A DNA stretch of 63,384 nt, the filler included, from Octopus bimaculoides (taxonomy: Eukaryota), in NCBI RefSeq assembly GCF_001194135.2. It is 5 parts of 5 records of this genome, joined end to end, with 100 filler letters (N's around TTAATTAATTAA, not from the genome) between each part and the next. Parts side by side here need not be neighbours in the genome. Positions count along the whole stretch, not along the records: positions 9,769 to 33,445 come from NC_068985.1; 4 more parts are not named here. One strand, written 5' to 3'. Positions 11,056 through 25,219 of the stretch are shown here, piece by piece; position 1 is the stretch's first letter; every line of letters starts with the position of its first letter. Under the pieces are notes generated by a model. The model was not told where the DNA came from, did not search any database, and saw nothing but the letters and a program-made list of their open reading frames with translations. A program made the translations under genes and the position numbers.

Positions 11056-11598
11056 ATGCATGCATGTATGTATATATGTATGTATGTATGTTTGTATGTT
11101 TTGCTTTATGTATCTATTCTAATGCATATAGTTACATATCTAGACATGCTCATATATTTAAATAAATTTCTGGAAAGTTTTACAATTTTTTATAGTTCCA
11201 GTGATGGATTAGATCTGTAGTCTTCGAATTAGCTTACTCTTGTCTGGTTTTGCGAAGCTTAATTTCACAAGATTGGTATTAAGGCAATGTGTTACATAGC
11301 CCAGGGCCCTAATAATTATGTATGCATGCTAGTAAATGTGTATAGACCGCACAGGTTTATCTAGGTACTTGAGTGTGCGCAATGAAAATCATCAGAATGA
11401 CTCGGAATAACCAAGTAGTCAGAATAATTCTTAAGAATATGGAACTTGCAAGAAGCCCTCTGAGCTGCTGACAGGAACCAAGAGCTGTTACTGTTCTCAC
11501 TACGGGTAATACTGGGATATACTTTATTTAGTCAGCCCTGGTCATACGCATTTAACGAACCGATAGCCATCATATATACATGTATGTATGTATGTATC

Positions 11599-11980
11599 TG
11601 GAGACGCAATAGTCCAGTGGTTAGGGTAGTGGACTCGCGGTCGTAGGATCGCGGTTTCGATTCCCAGATCGGACGTTGTGAGTGTTTATTGAGCGAAAAC
11701 ACCTAAAGCTCCACGAGACTCCGGCAGGGGATGGTAGTGAACCTTGCTGTACTCTTTCACCACAACTTTCTCTCACACTTTCTTTCTGCTTCTCTTGTAC
11801 CTGTATTTCAAAGGGCCAGCCTTGGCACACCCTATATCACGCTGACTCTCCCTGAGGATTACGTTAAGGGTCCACGTATCTGTGGAGTGCTCAGCCACTT
11901 AAACGTTAATTTCACGAGAAGGCTGTTCTGTTAATCGGATCAACTGGAACTCCTGTCGTCGTAACCGACGGAGTACCACG
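11599..11980 (+). mobile_element. tRNA-derived SINE, family A, full length
   Basis: Colinear and similar to 982-1366 from head to tail. Confidence 0.9.
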
Positions 11981-12601
11981 GTGTACGTATGTTTTATCGT
12001 CTTTTACTTGTCTTAGTTATTAGACTGCGGCCATGCTGTTGCACCACCTTGAAAATTATTTTAGTCTAATGAATCGGCTCCAGATGTATACACCCCCCCC
12101 CAAACACCTGCATACATGCATATATGTGTATGTGCGTGTATGCCTGTATATATTTGTGCGTGTATGCCTGTATATATTTGTGTGTGTATAGCTGCAGCAA
12201 TTTGAGTAAATATTTAAGTGTATGTGTATACATGTAATATGCATATACATGTGTCAAAGTGTGTATGTGTATGCATATGCATTTATGTGCTTAAGAGTGT
12301 GTATGAGTGTGTATGGATGTCGTCCAGGACATTCATGCGCGTGCTCTTGAAGATGGTAATTTTCCAAGAAATCAAAGACATGATTTACTGCAATCAACGA
12401 AAGACTCTTACCGAAACTTGAACACATCAAGAGGTTACATCAGTGTGTAGGGCGGACTGATGGATGGATAGATAGATAGATAGATAGATAGACAGACAGA
12501 TAGTCACACAGACATACTGACAGACAGACAGGGAATTGAACTCACGACTTTAAGATCGTGAGCCGGATGCCCTAACCACTAAGCCACGCACCTTCACGTA
12601 T

Positions 12602-12634
<33 letters not shown>

Positions 12635-13941
12635 NNNNNNNNNNNNNNNNNNNNNNNNNNNNNNNNNNNNNNNNNNNNNNNNNNNNNNNNNNNNNNNNNN
12701 NNNNNNNNNNNNNNNNNNNNNNNNNNNNNNNNNNNNNNNNNNNNNNNNNNNNNNNNNNNNNNNNNNNNNNNNNNNNNNNNNNNNNNNNNNNNNNNNNNNN
12801 NNNNNNNNNNNNNNNNNNNNNNNNNNNNNNNNNNNNNNNNNNNNNNNNNNNNNNNNNNNNNNNNNNNNNNNNNNNNNNNNNNNNNNNNNNNNNNNNNNNN
12901 NNNNNNNNNNNNNNNNNNNNNNNNNNNNNNNNNNNNNNNNNNNNNNNNNNNNNNNNNNNNNNNNNNNNNNNNNNNNNNNNNNNNNNNNNNNNNNNNNNNN
13001 NNNNNNNNNNNNNNNNNNNNNNNNNNNNNNNNNNNNNNNNNNNNNNNNNNNNNNNNNNNNNNNNNNNNNNNNNNNNNNNNNNNNNNNNNNNNNNNNNNNN
13101 NNNNNNNNNNNNNNNNNNNNNNNNNNNNNNNNNNNNNNNNNNNNNNNNNNNNNNNNNNNNNNNNNNNNNNNNNNNNNNNNNNNNNNNNNNNNNNNNNNNN
13201 NNNNNNNNNNNNNNNNNNNNNNNNNNNNNNNNNNNNNNNNNNNNNNNNNNNNNNNNNNNNNNNNNNNNNNNNNNNNNNNNNNNNNNNNNNNNNNNNNNNN
13301 NNNNNNNNNNNNNNNNNNNNNNNNNNNNNNNNNNNNNNNNNNNNNNNNNNNNNNNNNNNNNNNNNNNNNNNNNNNNNNNNNNNNNNNNNNNNNNNNNNNN
13401 NNNNNNNNNNNNNNNNNNNNNNNNNNNNNNNNNNNNNNNNNNNNNNNNNNNNNNNNNNNNNNNNNNNNNNNNNNNNNNNNNNNNNNNNNNNNNNNTATAT
13501 ATATATATATTATGTAGATAGTGTTAAAACACAAACTGTATCCTCCTGAAATACATCTGTTTATTCCAGTATTCCAAATCCATATGTTGATGTTATATTT
13601 GTGTGAGGAATGCATAAGAGTTGGAAATACTGGAAAATATTTTCTGCTGACATCTAAACAGGAGATTGTAAAATAATACTGAAATGTTTTTTTTTAAATC
13701 CCAATATCCTATTTTCTCATATATACATACATACGTATGTACGTACATACATTCATACTTATATTCATATTTACATACGATAGAATAAGTACCAGACTTT
13801 AAAATATAAGTACGTAGGTTGATTTGTTTGACTAAAACCCTTCAAGGCACTGCTACAGTATGACTGCTGTCCAATGGCTGAAACGAGTAAACGATAAAAT
13901 ACACACACACAAACACACACGCACACACGTATGTATGTATG

Positions 13942-13972
<31 letters not shown>

Positions 13973-13992
13973 GTAGCCATATTGAGGATAGA

Positions 13993-14037
13993 AAGAGAGT
14001 GAGAGAGAGAGTGAGAGAGAGAAAGTGAGAGAGAGAA

Positions 14038-14128
<91 letters not shown>

Positions 14129-14146
14129 GTGAGAGAGAGAGAGAGA
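13993..14146. repeat. (GA)n microsatellite
   Basis: Directly visible. Confidence 0.98.
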
Positions 14147-15579
14147 ATTTTCCTTGCCTGAAATAAAAAAACTAAAATCAGAAAGCTTTATATTTAAACT
14201 GAAGACATCTAAACAAATAATTCTATCTTTGGAAAAATTTATTTTGTTTTAATCATGGCACACACGCACCCGCATACACAGACAAACAGTCATACACACA
14301 CACACAGAGCAGAGGCTGAAATGCATACGGCTCCTCACAGACGCAAGAACAACCACATATATTTGGCATCTGCATTAATTTAGAAATTGCAGGTCATCTC
14401 CAATATTATAAGTTTTCACATACATCCGAGAATAAAGTCTTAAAATCTTCAGAAAATCTAAAAAAGTAGAACATATTCTTACATAAGACGCAAACATTTA
14501 CGAAGTACACAATAAACTTCATAAACAATAGCTCAACACTAACGCAGCACAAAATTACATGGAATTTAATCTACAGATTCTCATCGTAAATGTGTGAATG
14601 GTTTTTCTTTGAGGTTTATTTGAGTTCTTCTTGAGAGAGTTCAAGTGGGTCACTAACGAAGGCACAAGACATTTTGAGTTAAGAGGGTTCCCGGTATTTT
14701 TAAATACGTTCGAGTTGGTGTGTTGGTTGAACTGTCGATGCATACATCCAACTATGTGCATCTGTTCACATAAGAATCTCAGACGGAAAATTTTAGGGAC
14801 TGTCTTACAATTATTCCCCGTGAAACTAATAGAATGGATTTGGAGAATCAGCGTCAGTTTTTTTTTGTGGTGGGGTTGCTCTTACTTCGTAAAACCTGAG
14901 CAAATTTGTTGTATGTATGTATGTATGTACGTACGTATGTATGTATGTATGTATGTATGGATGGATGGATGGATGGATGTATGTATGTACGTAGTCAATC
15001 CAAATATGAACAAGCAAGTCCCAGTGATAGATTGGATCTGTAGCCTTTGAACCAGCTTTCTGGTTTTGAGAAGACTAATTTCTCAAGAGTAGTAATTAGG
15101 CAGTGTCTTACATATCCCAGTATTCCAATAATTACAGGTACAGACCTGAACTTGTATGTATGTATGTATATATGTATGCATGCATGAATGTAACGCACTG
15201 ATATGCTACGATATTGAAAAACAGCCTGTTTATAGATATAGATAATTAAATACATATGAATGCAATATATTGTCACGGAATTATTGTCTCTACTCTCTTA
15301 AAAAAGAAAAAGACAACGTATTTCACATTTATGTTATTTCGCAATATCGGACGAATAAATTAATGTCCAAAAAATGGAATTTCAGCTAACAACTCTATGA
15401 GAGTATACCTATTGCATCTGAGACGTTGGTTTTGACCCGCTTAAGTGAAGGATAAAGATCATGAGATGACATGAAGGTGCGAGAATTTTTTTGTTCTCGA
15501 ATTTCAGATACGCTCGATGCAGAATATCAATAGCTGAAATCGGGGAAAATAAAGGGACATAGCAGTGTTCTGTTTCCCC

Positions 15580-15632
<53 letters not shown>

Positions 15633-17629
15633 CACATACGAGAAAGCTATGTTTGAACGTAAGACTATTTCTATGTGTCAGGCTGCAGGATCTTTGCATC
15701 TAAACATACGACTATACTGGATACATATAAATATATTTACTTATTCGAGAATAAATTGTGCATGTACATGAATATATGGATGTATATATATGTATATGTA
15801 CAAATATATCTCTAAATTGTTACATCAAACCCTTTCATCCTTTTGAATATATGTATGAGTGTGTATCTTGGAATATATATGCGATTGTGCTCATGTTTTG
15901 TCATACTTTTCTTTCTGATTATCTATATACATATACATACACTCGCACACACATATATATATATGATATATATATNNNNNNNNNNNNNNNNNNNNNNNNN
16001 NNNNNNNNNNNNNNNNNNNNNNNNNNNNNNNNNNNNNNNNNNNNNNNNNNNNNNNNNNNNNNNNNNNNNNNNNNNNNNNNNNNNNNNNNNNNNNNNNNNN
16101 NNNNNNNNNNNNNNNNNNNNNNNNNNNNNNNNNNNNNNNNNNNNNNNNNNNNNNNNNNNNNNNNNNNNNNNNNNNNNNNNNNNNNNNNNNNNNNNNNNNN
16201 NNNNNNNNNNNNNNNNNNNNNNNNNNNNNNNNNNNNNNNNNNNNNNNNNNNNNNNNNNNNNNNNNNNNNNNNNNNNNNNNNNNNNNNNNNNNNNNNNNNN
16301 NNNNNNNNNNNNNNNNNNNNNNNNNNNNNNNNNNNNNNNNNNTATATACATACATACTTATACATATGAAGTCAGTATATACATAAATATATACTTATAT
16401 ACACACACACACATGCACATAGAACCCGTCTCTTTCACTTACACTTAATATAATTTTGTGTGTGTATGTGTGTCAGTGTGTGTATTTGTATGTGTGTGTG
16501 TGTGCGTGTGTGTGCGTGCGCGCGTGTGTATGTACCTAAGTGCGGTTGTGCGTGTTTGTGTACCATTGTGAATTTATAAACAAATAGAATTTTACAAGGA
16601 TCAAATCACGCATCATTTGCTGAGCCAGAAAGCTTGAAGATCAAAGAATATCTATTAGCGTTTGATGTTTTCATTCTTCTAGATGAGTATAACGAAAGAA
16701 TCAACAGGAGACCTCATACACGGTCGTTTTACCTAATAGCTCTAGCTGTCAAATTTCCCTCAATTTACACTCTTCCGTCTTGAAAAGTGAACGATACACT
16801 GGATTATGGAATCCGAGATGCAAAATACAAATAAGAAATAACCAAAACGCCTTTGATCAAATGCCTGTTCAGGTCGGACTGTCTTAGGGCTAAACAACGA
16901 GTGCAAAGAATAAATTTTCTTCGAAGTATCTTGAATTCTTTTACTTTGTCATTAAATATATTCCTTACACACACACATACATACATACATACATGCATAC
17001 ATACATACATACATACATACATACATGCATTCATACATACATATATATTTATATACATGCATGCATACATACATACATACACACGTACACACACATACAT
17101 AAATATATATGTTTGTTTAGAAATTATGTTAACCTCATGGAGGGATGGTTTTATCCGAGGAAATACTGGTTCAATACCTAGTATTTTTGGCGAATTAATT
17201 TCCTTAAAATAATAGGTGTATATATAAAAACATATTGTTTATATTCATGTAAAAGAAGAAAACGAAAGTGGAGCGTATCTTTAAATTAAGCGAACGCTTT
17301 CAACCCAGCTATTATTCTTTACGAGATTTCTGTGCTTATACCTCGGTATATATTTACTATTTATTCTAAGTAGATATTACTATTTACCTCCTCAATTTAT
17401 AATTTCCCACCGCTATCCACCGCTATCCAGCCTTGGGTTGCGTTTTTGGATCGCACGTGCTTTTATTTCGTTCAGTTTATTTAGATACCTAATGCTAAAG
17501 TCTGGATATTTAGCTCTAGCAGCATGGTAGCTTGATTTAAGAACCCTGCGACGAGTACGATGTCATCGAGCAATCGGAGTGTGTTAAAACTCACTGACGT
17601 TGAGGCCACCTTATCAATTAATATCAACC

Positions 17630-17749
17630 ATGGCCATTTTGATTAAGAACTTAAGAAAGAATTTAGAAAGAAATTGCTTCGTTGGACGCCTTTTCCGTCC
17701 TCTAAGTTCCAATCTCAAGTTATTGGATAACTGGGGACAACAGTACAAG
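17630..17749 (+). CDS. Candidate first coding exon of an unidentified gene (MAILIKNLRKNLERNCFVGRLFRPLSSNLKLLDNWGQQYK)
   Basis: ATG in CAACCATGG context, 40 open codons, AAG|GTATTT donor, and locally CpG-richer non-repetitive upstream sequence. No homology recognised. Confidence 0.25.
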
Positions 17750-20282
17750 GTATTTGTTCAATGTGTCACATATTATGAGCAAACTCTGAATTTGGATACT
17801 GCAAAGTACCTAGCTTTTCCTGTGTCACGCATTTCTGCATGTGTTGTATAAGTCAATTTTGTTTTGTAAAGAATAATATATTACTTTAAATGTATTACAT
17901 TTTAAAGCTATTTGTGCTAGTGTCATTTGCAAGAGAGACATTAGATCGATAAACTAATATTTTAGAATGACAAAGTACTGAAAATGGCAAGCATTCAGGC
18001 ATTGGTGATTTTACAATTACGTAAACACAATTCCATAGATGGAAATAGTTTCGTAGAATCGTTCTGAATCGGTTTCTCTCTTTGTACGAGATATGAAAGA
18101 ATTGGAGGGTTGTTTTTTTTCGCAGTTGTAGATAACCGTAATGTTATTTTTATTGAACATATGATATCTATTGTCTAAGAAGAAATTCTTATTTAGCAAA
18201 AACTACTGACGATATTAGAACGAACATTTAAACAATACAAGAATGTATAATAAAATATTTCGTTTTCTGTTTGAGCGTTTATGAATATTAATGCTGATCT
18301 GTGTGTAATGTAGTATATCTTTGAAGCCGATGTCTTTTAATACGTCATTTTAATAATGAGCAGAACGATTAAAGGATTGCTCGTTAGAGGATATGCTTAC
18401 TGATGTTAAGAACGGGGGTTACGCTTTCTGATTTTAGCATTATTGGAGCATGCTTCGAATTTATAGCAATGTAATTCTCAACGCTAATACACACGTGTGC
18501 GCACGCGCATACACACATACACACACACATTCATACATTTATGCACTTACACATATTCATATGTCCAACGTAATCCATGAAAATCAAAGTCTAAGTTCCG
18601 CATCAGATTCGTTATAAATCCAAAAGAAAACCTTAAAAGCAATAAAAATATAAAAGCAATAAAAATATAAAGTTAATAATTTAGTTTCGCACAGGAATGA
18701 AGAAAGGTCTAGAAATATTCTAGAATTCTTCAGGCTTCAGACTGTTTGTCCTTTATCAAGGAAAAGGTAGAAAGAAAGAAAAGAAGAGGAAAAGAAAGTA
18801 AGAGGAGACGAAGAAATGAAAAATTCTTTAACAGAAGCAGCATTAAGAGGTTTGCTTTTGCAGTCACAGAATTCCGGTTTCAAACCCACTAAAAGGCATT
18901 TTGGGCAGATATGTTCTACTGTTGCCTTGGGTAGACAGATGCATTGTGAGAAAAAATTATTCGACGGAGATTGTGTGGAATCCCATTAAATATACTAAAG
19001 GAGGTAACTGGTTCGAATCCTACAAGCAGTACTGCGTTTTATTGGTTTCAGATTTTGGCACAAGGACAGCAACGTTTTTGTGGGGGTACGGGATGGATAG
19101 TAATTCGATTACATTAACCCTTGTGCTCAAAAAGTACATATTTTATCGACCCCGGAAGGATGAAAGGCAAAGTCATCTTCGGGGTTTGCTCAGACACTGA
19201 ACTCATCTGATTATGAACAAAAGGTCAGTTCAAGTACACATATATAAGATAAAAAAAACAATTGCAAATGTCCCCTGTCTGGCAATTAGAGCACAGTCAC
19301 CAATTCGTGTTTCTACCTCTATATGCATCATCAGCAAGATATTCAAGTTNNNNNNNNNNNNNNNNNNNNNNNNNNNNNNNNNNNNNNNNNNNNNNNNNNN
19401 NNNNNNNNNNNNNNNNNNNNNNNNNNNNNNNNNNNNNNNNNNNNNNNNNNNNNNNNNNNNNNNNNNNNNNNNNNNNNNNNNNNNNNNNNNNNNNNNNNNN
19501 NNNNNNNNNNNNNNNNNNNNNNNNNNNNNNNNNNNNNNNNNNNNNNNNNNNNNNNNNNNNNNNNNNNNNNNNNNNNNNNNNNNNNNNNNNNNNNNNNNNN
19601 NNNNNNNNNNNNNNNNNNNNNNNNNNNNNNNNNNNNNNNNNNNNNNNNNNNNNNNNNNNNNNNNNNNNNNNNNNNNNNNNNNNNNNNNNNNNNNNNNNNN
19701 NNNNNNNNNNNNNNNNNNNNNNNNNNNNNNNNNNNNNNNNNNNNNNNNNNNNNNNNNNNNNNNNNNNNNNNNNNNNNNNNNNNNNNNNNNNNNNNNNNNN
19801 NNNNNNNNNNNNNNNNNNNNNNNNNNNNNNNNNNNNNNNNNNNNNNNNNNGAGCCATTGCTAGACTGAAGCCAGAACATGCAATTTATACAAATCAGCAG
19901 CGTGTGATTAAATTGAAGTAAGGTAAACATATAACGCATTAGCGCCATCTTTCTAACTCTCTCTTCTTCCTTCTCTTTTGAAATATTGTATATTGTATTA
20001 AAATGTGATTTGTAATTTCAAGAATGTCTTTCACTCAGGTTGCAAACAAAATATAACTCTCGCATGTAATTATGCATACACACATGCATATAAATATACA
20101 TTACATGCATACAAACATTGGCGTATGTGCATGTGTGAGTAGACGCGTAAACACACAAAATTAATATACTTTAGTAATGAGAGCTGATTATGTTTCCATT
20201 ACTTCAAGATTTATGTTCGAGAAGGAATCGCCTGAGTTGCAACGGAGAAAATGTGTTTGCTATTTCTTGCTTTATCTCACAG

Positions 20283-20397
20283 AAGACGTTCTTAATCGTT
20301 ATACCATCTGATGATTGCCTCGCCGACGAGAAACTTGGAGTAATGGAAAATAAACCAACTGTAATTAAAAACTATGAAAATGTTTACTCTACTGGAA
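20283..20397 (+). CDS. Candidate internal exon (KTFLIVIPSDDCLADEKLGVMENKPTVIKNYENVYSTG)
   Basis: Pyrimidine-rich acceptor TTTCTTGCTTTATCTCACAG|, a single open frame, and GT donors at 20340 or 20398. No homology recognised. Confidence 0.2.
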
Positions 20398-20501
20398 GTA
20401 ACGAGTACTCTTGGATTTGTCCGTTCTTGAGATAACATATATGTGCAAGCATATACTTGCACGTTTGCGTGTATGTACACACTCGCATTTGTATATGTAT
20501 G

Positions 20502-20543
<42 letters not shown>

Positions 20544-20998
20544 AGGATTTACTTTTCNNNNNNNNNNNNNNNNNNNNNNNNNNNNNNNNNNNNNNNNNNN
20601 NNNNNNNNNNNNNNNNNNNNNNNNNNNNNNNNNNNNNNNNNNNNNNNNNNNNNNNNNNNNNNNNNNNNNNNNNNNNNNNNNNNNNNNNNNNNNNNNNNNN
20701 NNNNNNNNNNNNNNNNNNNNNNNNNNNNNNNNNNNNNNNNNNNNNNNNNNNNNNNNNNNNNNNNNNNNNNNNNNNNNNNNNNNNNNNNNNNNNNNNNNNN
20801 NNNNNNNNNNNNNNNNNNNNNNNNNNNNNNNNNNNNNNNNNNNNNNNNNNNNNNNNNNNNNNNNNNNNNNNNNNNNNNNNNNNNNNNNNNNNNNNNNNNN
20901 NNNNNNNNNNNNNNNNNNNNNNNNNNNNNNNNNNNNNNNNNNNNNNNNNNNNNNNNNNNNNNNNNNNNNNNNNNNNNNNNNNNNNNNNNNNNTATATA

Positions 20999-21031
<33 letters not shown>

Positions 21032-21079
21032 GTGTGTGTATTTATACATACATACATACCTACATACATACATTTATAC

Positions 21080-21110
<31 letters not shown>

Positions 21111-21120
21111 CATACATACA

Positions 21121-21450
21121 TAGCCACTCATAATAAAAAGGAGTACTGGTGTTATGTCCAGAGTGAAAACTTCAATAAAATGCAAGCACAACAGACCTGA
21201 TATAATGCTTTGGGACAGATAAGAGAAACTGTGTACGGTTGTGGAAAGTAGCTGCCCAGCGGATAATATAAAGCTGAAGATCAATGTAAAAGAGAATACC
21301 TTCGCTGAACTATTGAGAAATCTGCAGTTACGTTATCCAGATTACAAATTCGGGTTTATACTCGTCGTAAGCATTGAGGCCCCGGGATATGTAACACACT
21401 GCCTAAATACTAATCTTGAGATATTAGGTTTCTCAAAACCAGATGTGTAA
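21121..21450 (+). pseudogene. Fragment of the restriction-like endonuclease domain of a non-LTR retrotransposon
   Basis: Translation KHNRPDIMLWDR*EKLCTVVESSCPADNIKLKINVKENTFAELLRNLQ matches the PD-(D/E)xK pattern of REL-clade LINEs. Contains an in-frame stop and a frameshift. Confidence 0.8.
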
Positions 21451-21480
21451 ATAATGGTTTATTATTGTTTATATTTTGAA

Positions 21481-21521
<41 letters not shown>

Positions 21522-21524
<3 letters not shown>

Positions 21525-21577
21525 GCACCAAACCTTTTTAAGTGCATAGGGCCTTTGTGGTTCTTAATCCAGCCCTG
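21522..21577 (-). mobile_element. Single hAT-like MITE terminus
   Basis: Reverse complement CAGGGCTGGATTAAGAACCACAAAGGCCC resembles CAGGGCCGGATTAAG hAT-type ends. The partner end was not found. Confidence 0.4.
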
Positions 21578-23799
21578 CCAGCACCTACAGCTTTTCAGTT
21601 TGTTTGACCATATGCATGAATATGTCTAAGGTATTGACAAAACATGATATAAATTAGGGGGGCGCAAATGTACAAAGCAGCTGTCTTATTGAATCAGATG
21701 CTCTCCACGAAAATTAAAACAAATCAATTAGTTCTTGCCAAGTCCACAGATCCAAAACTGGCCTGTTTCAACATTGAAGATTTTCCTGAAGCAGTATAAA
21801 TCATGTGGGACCTCTACTGCTGGTGTGCAATGTAATCCTTATTATCATTTGATTTAAAAGTAAATGGTGGTAGGAGGTGTTCCATGAAATTTTCGCTCTA
21901 TCCTATGGGCACAAAAAAAAAACAAAGGTTGGGAAAAATGTAATAATAAAATAAGAACTTCCATATTGGAAGAAATTTTCATATGTAACCATCGACTGTA
22001 CAAACAATGCACGTTAATAACGAAAATGTTAACGCTTCTCCACTGTTTAATACTTTTAGCTGCTGTAAAGTTTAGACTGAATAAAGTAAATATAATGCTA
22101 AATATGGAAAGGCTTTTAAACATATTGATACGGGACATGCATTAGTGTCACACCCTGTTAACTACTCGTTATACAAATAAAAGATTTATTTTTATTTGAC
22201 ATTTTAAATATAAACAACTTCAGAACTGAAAGTGAAACTTCTGGGCAAGTTGTTGGTTGCTTGTGAAAGAGTGTCTAGAATATTTAGAAATTGTACGACA
22301 TACAGATTATAGGTGCGTCTGGAAGTAGCGAAAATGAAAGATTCTGTTGCTTATCCAGCAATTTTATTAACGAAGGAGGGTAGACACCGCAGTAAAATTT
22401 TATTGTTGATTAACGGGCTTGTTTTGAAAACGAATGCTAACACGAATATACGTGGTTAAAGAAGAAAAAAAGCACTACAACGAGGTTCAAAGCATGACTC
22501 TTATACTTAGTAGTATTAGTGCCACAGGCGATCCACCATTGGCTCAAATCACTGACTCCTTATCACCTATACAAGTATAGCTAAGAAAATCTAATCTTGT
22601 TATACAGCGATCAAATAAAAAAAAAAAGGTAGATCATCATAAATTTTTTCCATATCATTAATTCTATTCAAAATTTGACAGAAACATGGTGAGAAGTAAA
22701 AATAACACAAAATTTCTTCTTCTCTGGAATAAAATCTATTCAGACGGCAGTGACGTTTTCCTAGGTTGTGTGCAGTCAATATTCATTAAAAGATTGTTAG
22801 GTTGGCATATCAAGTTGCCTTTAAGAAATGAATGAAGAAGATAGAGTGGAGTTACTTGAATCACATTTGAAAGAAATAAATCGCAAGGAGATGAAACAGA
22901 ATCATATTGAAGAAGCTGAAGATAAATATGAGAACGTGAGATGCAGAACCATCACCAGTTTTAAAAACTAAATATTTGTCTGTTGCTTTCCAGGTTTTAG
23001 ATAAAGCCATGTCCATTTTTATCAGAAACAATGCATGCTTAAAAAAGAGATTCTGAAGCAAACGATAATTTTTTTCATTACCGAGAATTACGAAAAAGAA
23101 AAAAAAATGGTAGGCCATTTCTAGTCAAAGCATTAACGAAATGGGAGTGGCATTAATGCCACAAAAGGTCTTTATAAACATATGCATGTTGAAATATCAA
23201 ATACAAAATAGCAATAAAATGGTTTAAATGAAAAACAGTGATATCGAATGAAAAACAGAAACTAGTAAAATAAAGATTGGCCATAAAGTAAGGTGAAAGG
23301 GATGGCCATAAAAGAGCTAAAAAACACACAAAACAATAAGACAGTAATGAAATAAAAATAAAAAATATTAAACTGAAGGAAACTGCCAGCATTACGCAAG
23401 GTACATTGCTAAAGCTGAATTTAAGGAGATCAAGATTCTATGCTGAAGGAAATAATTAGAAATGGGAGAGATAATTGATGATGACTTGATAAACTCCATT
23501 AACCAAATTAAGTTAGATATGCATAACATCAAAACTCGGACACGAAGTTTTAATTAGTATATTTTAAATATACACACCCGCCTACGCACGAACACACACA
23601 AGCACACACAAATACGCACAAGCACACACAAACACACACGCGCGCGTAGTTATTTCCGTTGCATACGTCGAATTTGTTTCAGCTCGGCAAGCTTTCCGCT
23701 TGATCAGTGAATATATTCATTGTTTGCTATATATGGGAAAGGGAAAATTACACGCAGGCATGTGACTGCGGTGTACACGTCGCTGGCAAGGCCAAAAAA

Positions 23800-24447
23800 G
23801 GCCAAGACGTATTTAACGTTTCTGTAGGTCCCTGGGTCATTGCTGTGGACGGAATGTAGATTGACGACGCACCCCTTTGACCAATTGTCGATTGAGGTCC
23901 TTGGCCCATAAGCACTTCAGTTTCATCCGTAGCAAACATGCTGGAGAGACGGTATTTAGAAAAGTCTATCTGGTCACCAAAGGACTTAAATGCAAGGGTA
24001 CGTTTAATAATCTCGGTATCTTCCCGTTTGAACAGAGTTGTCGACCTTTTCAGAGAAAGTTCATGTTGCTGAAGGAAACCATCCAGCCAGTGTTGTGATG
24101 CTTTGAGTTCTTCTGGAAATGTACCAAACTGTGCTGCATTTGCAAGGGCAAATGCTTGAATATCAGTTTTACGAACAACCAAACCCGTTGCTCTCCTGTT
24201 TAGCAATCCATTCGCAGATACCGTCTTCCAGCTCAGAAAATAGTGGTTGCCGACCTGATCCACACTTGCGTTTCTTTACACTTACCGCGTCCACTTGTTG
24301 AATGAGTTCATCGTAGTCTACACGCTATTTTCAAACCATTCCGAGACCCACATTTTTTTCTTTGCAGAAAAGAGTAAGATTCTTGCCCAGTGATTCCTCC
24401 ACGATTCCTTTCTTGTACTCGATGGAATAACTATTTCTTGCATTCAT
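23800..24447 (-). pseudogene. pogo-family transposase relic (N-terminal DNA-binding domains and start of the DDE domain)
   Basis: MNARNSYSIEYKKGIVEE...KKRKCGSGRQPLFSELEDGICEWI, then a frameshift, then RRATGLVVRKTDIQAFAL...KASQHWLDGFLQQHELSLKRSTTL...ATDETEV (CENP-B-type HTH and MDET-like motif). Has stops and frameshifts and is truncated. Confidence 0.85.
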
Positions 24448-24654
24448 CTTGTCTTGCAGGGGGAAATGACCTTACAAATGATTTCCCATTCAATTTCAAC
24501 ATGTTCTCTGGGGTTTTTTATATATACATGCATACATGCATACATACATACATACATACAATGGTATATATATGTATATGGATAGATAGATAGATAGATA
24601 GATAGGTATATATACATATATATAAATATATATATATACATACACGTGTGTGTG

Positions 24655-24862
24655 TGTATTTGTGTGTCTGTGTTTGTCCACCACCAACATCGCTTGACAA
24701 CTGATGGTGGTGTGTTTACGTCCTCGTAACTTAGTGGTTCGGCAATGAATATCGATAGAATAAGTACAAGGCTTACAAAGTGTAAGTCCTGGGGTCGATT
24801 TGTCGGCGAAAGGCGATTCTCCAGAACGGCCACAGACAAATGACTGAAACAAAAGAATATAA
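24655..24862 (+). mobile_element. Family-B SINE 3' half
   Basis: TGTGTTTGTCC...ATCGCTTGACAAC...GATAGAATAAGTAC...GACTGAAACAAAAGA. Confidence 0.85.
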
Positions 24863-24881
24863 GAATATGTATATGTGTACA

Positions 24882-24934
<53 letters not shown>

Positions 24935-25182
24935 ATACATATATGTGAATATGCATATGTATATCTATACACATTCTACAAATATATACTTGGCTAGGAT
25001 CATAATATGATGTGAGTCTGTGTATGGTGTGCATGTACACAGACACAAACACACATATACACACACATACATACATACACACACATACATGCATACATAC
25101 ACACGGAGACAAACACACGCATTGTATTGCATGAAAGTAATTGATATTTAATTTTCTGTATAAGCATAAGCCGATGCATATA

Positions 25183-25219
<37 letters not shown>

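Noticed and set aside
12572-13615. Long ORFs spanning N runs (also 19213, 20389, 25000, 40415, 45410, 49246, 53093)
   Set aside because: They stay open only because N translates to X.
19295-19340. Minus-strand CTGATGA-TGC...GTA-GAAAC motif
   Set aside because: The cleavage triplet would be GUG and no stem I pairing was found.
19851-19921. AIARLKPE peptide resembling a Penelope GIY-YIG C-terminus
   Set aside because: Too short, and it abuts a gap, so it cannot be supported.
20308-20334. CTGATGA...GAAAC on the plus strand
   Set aside because: Five unpaired bases separate the core from the only possible stem II, and there is no valid stem I or III.
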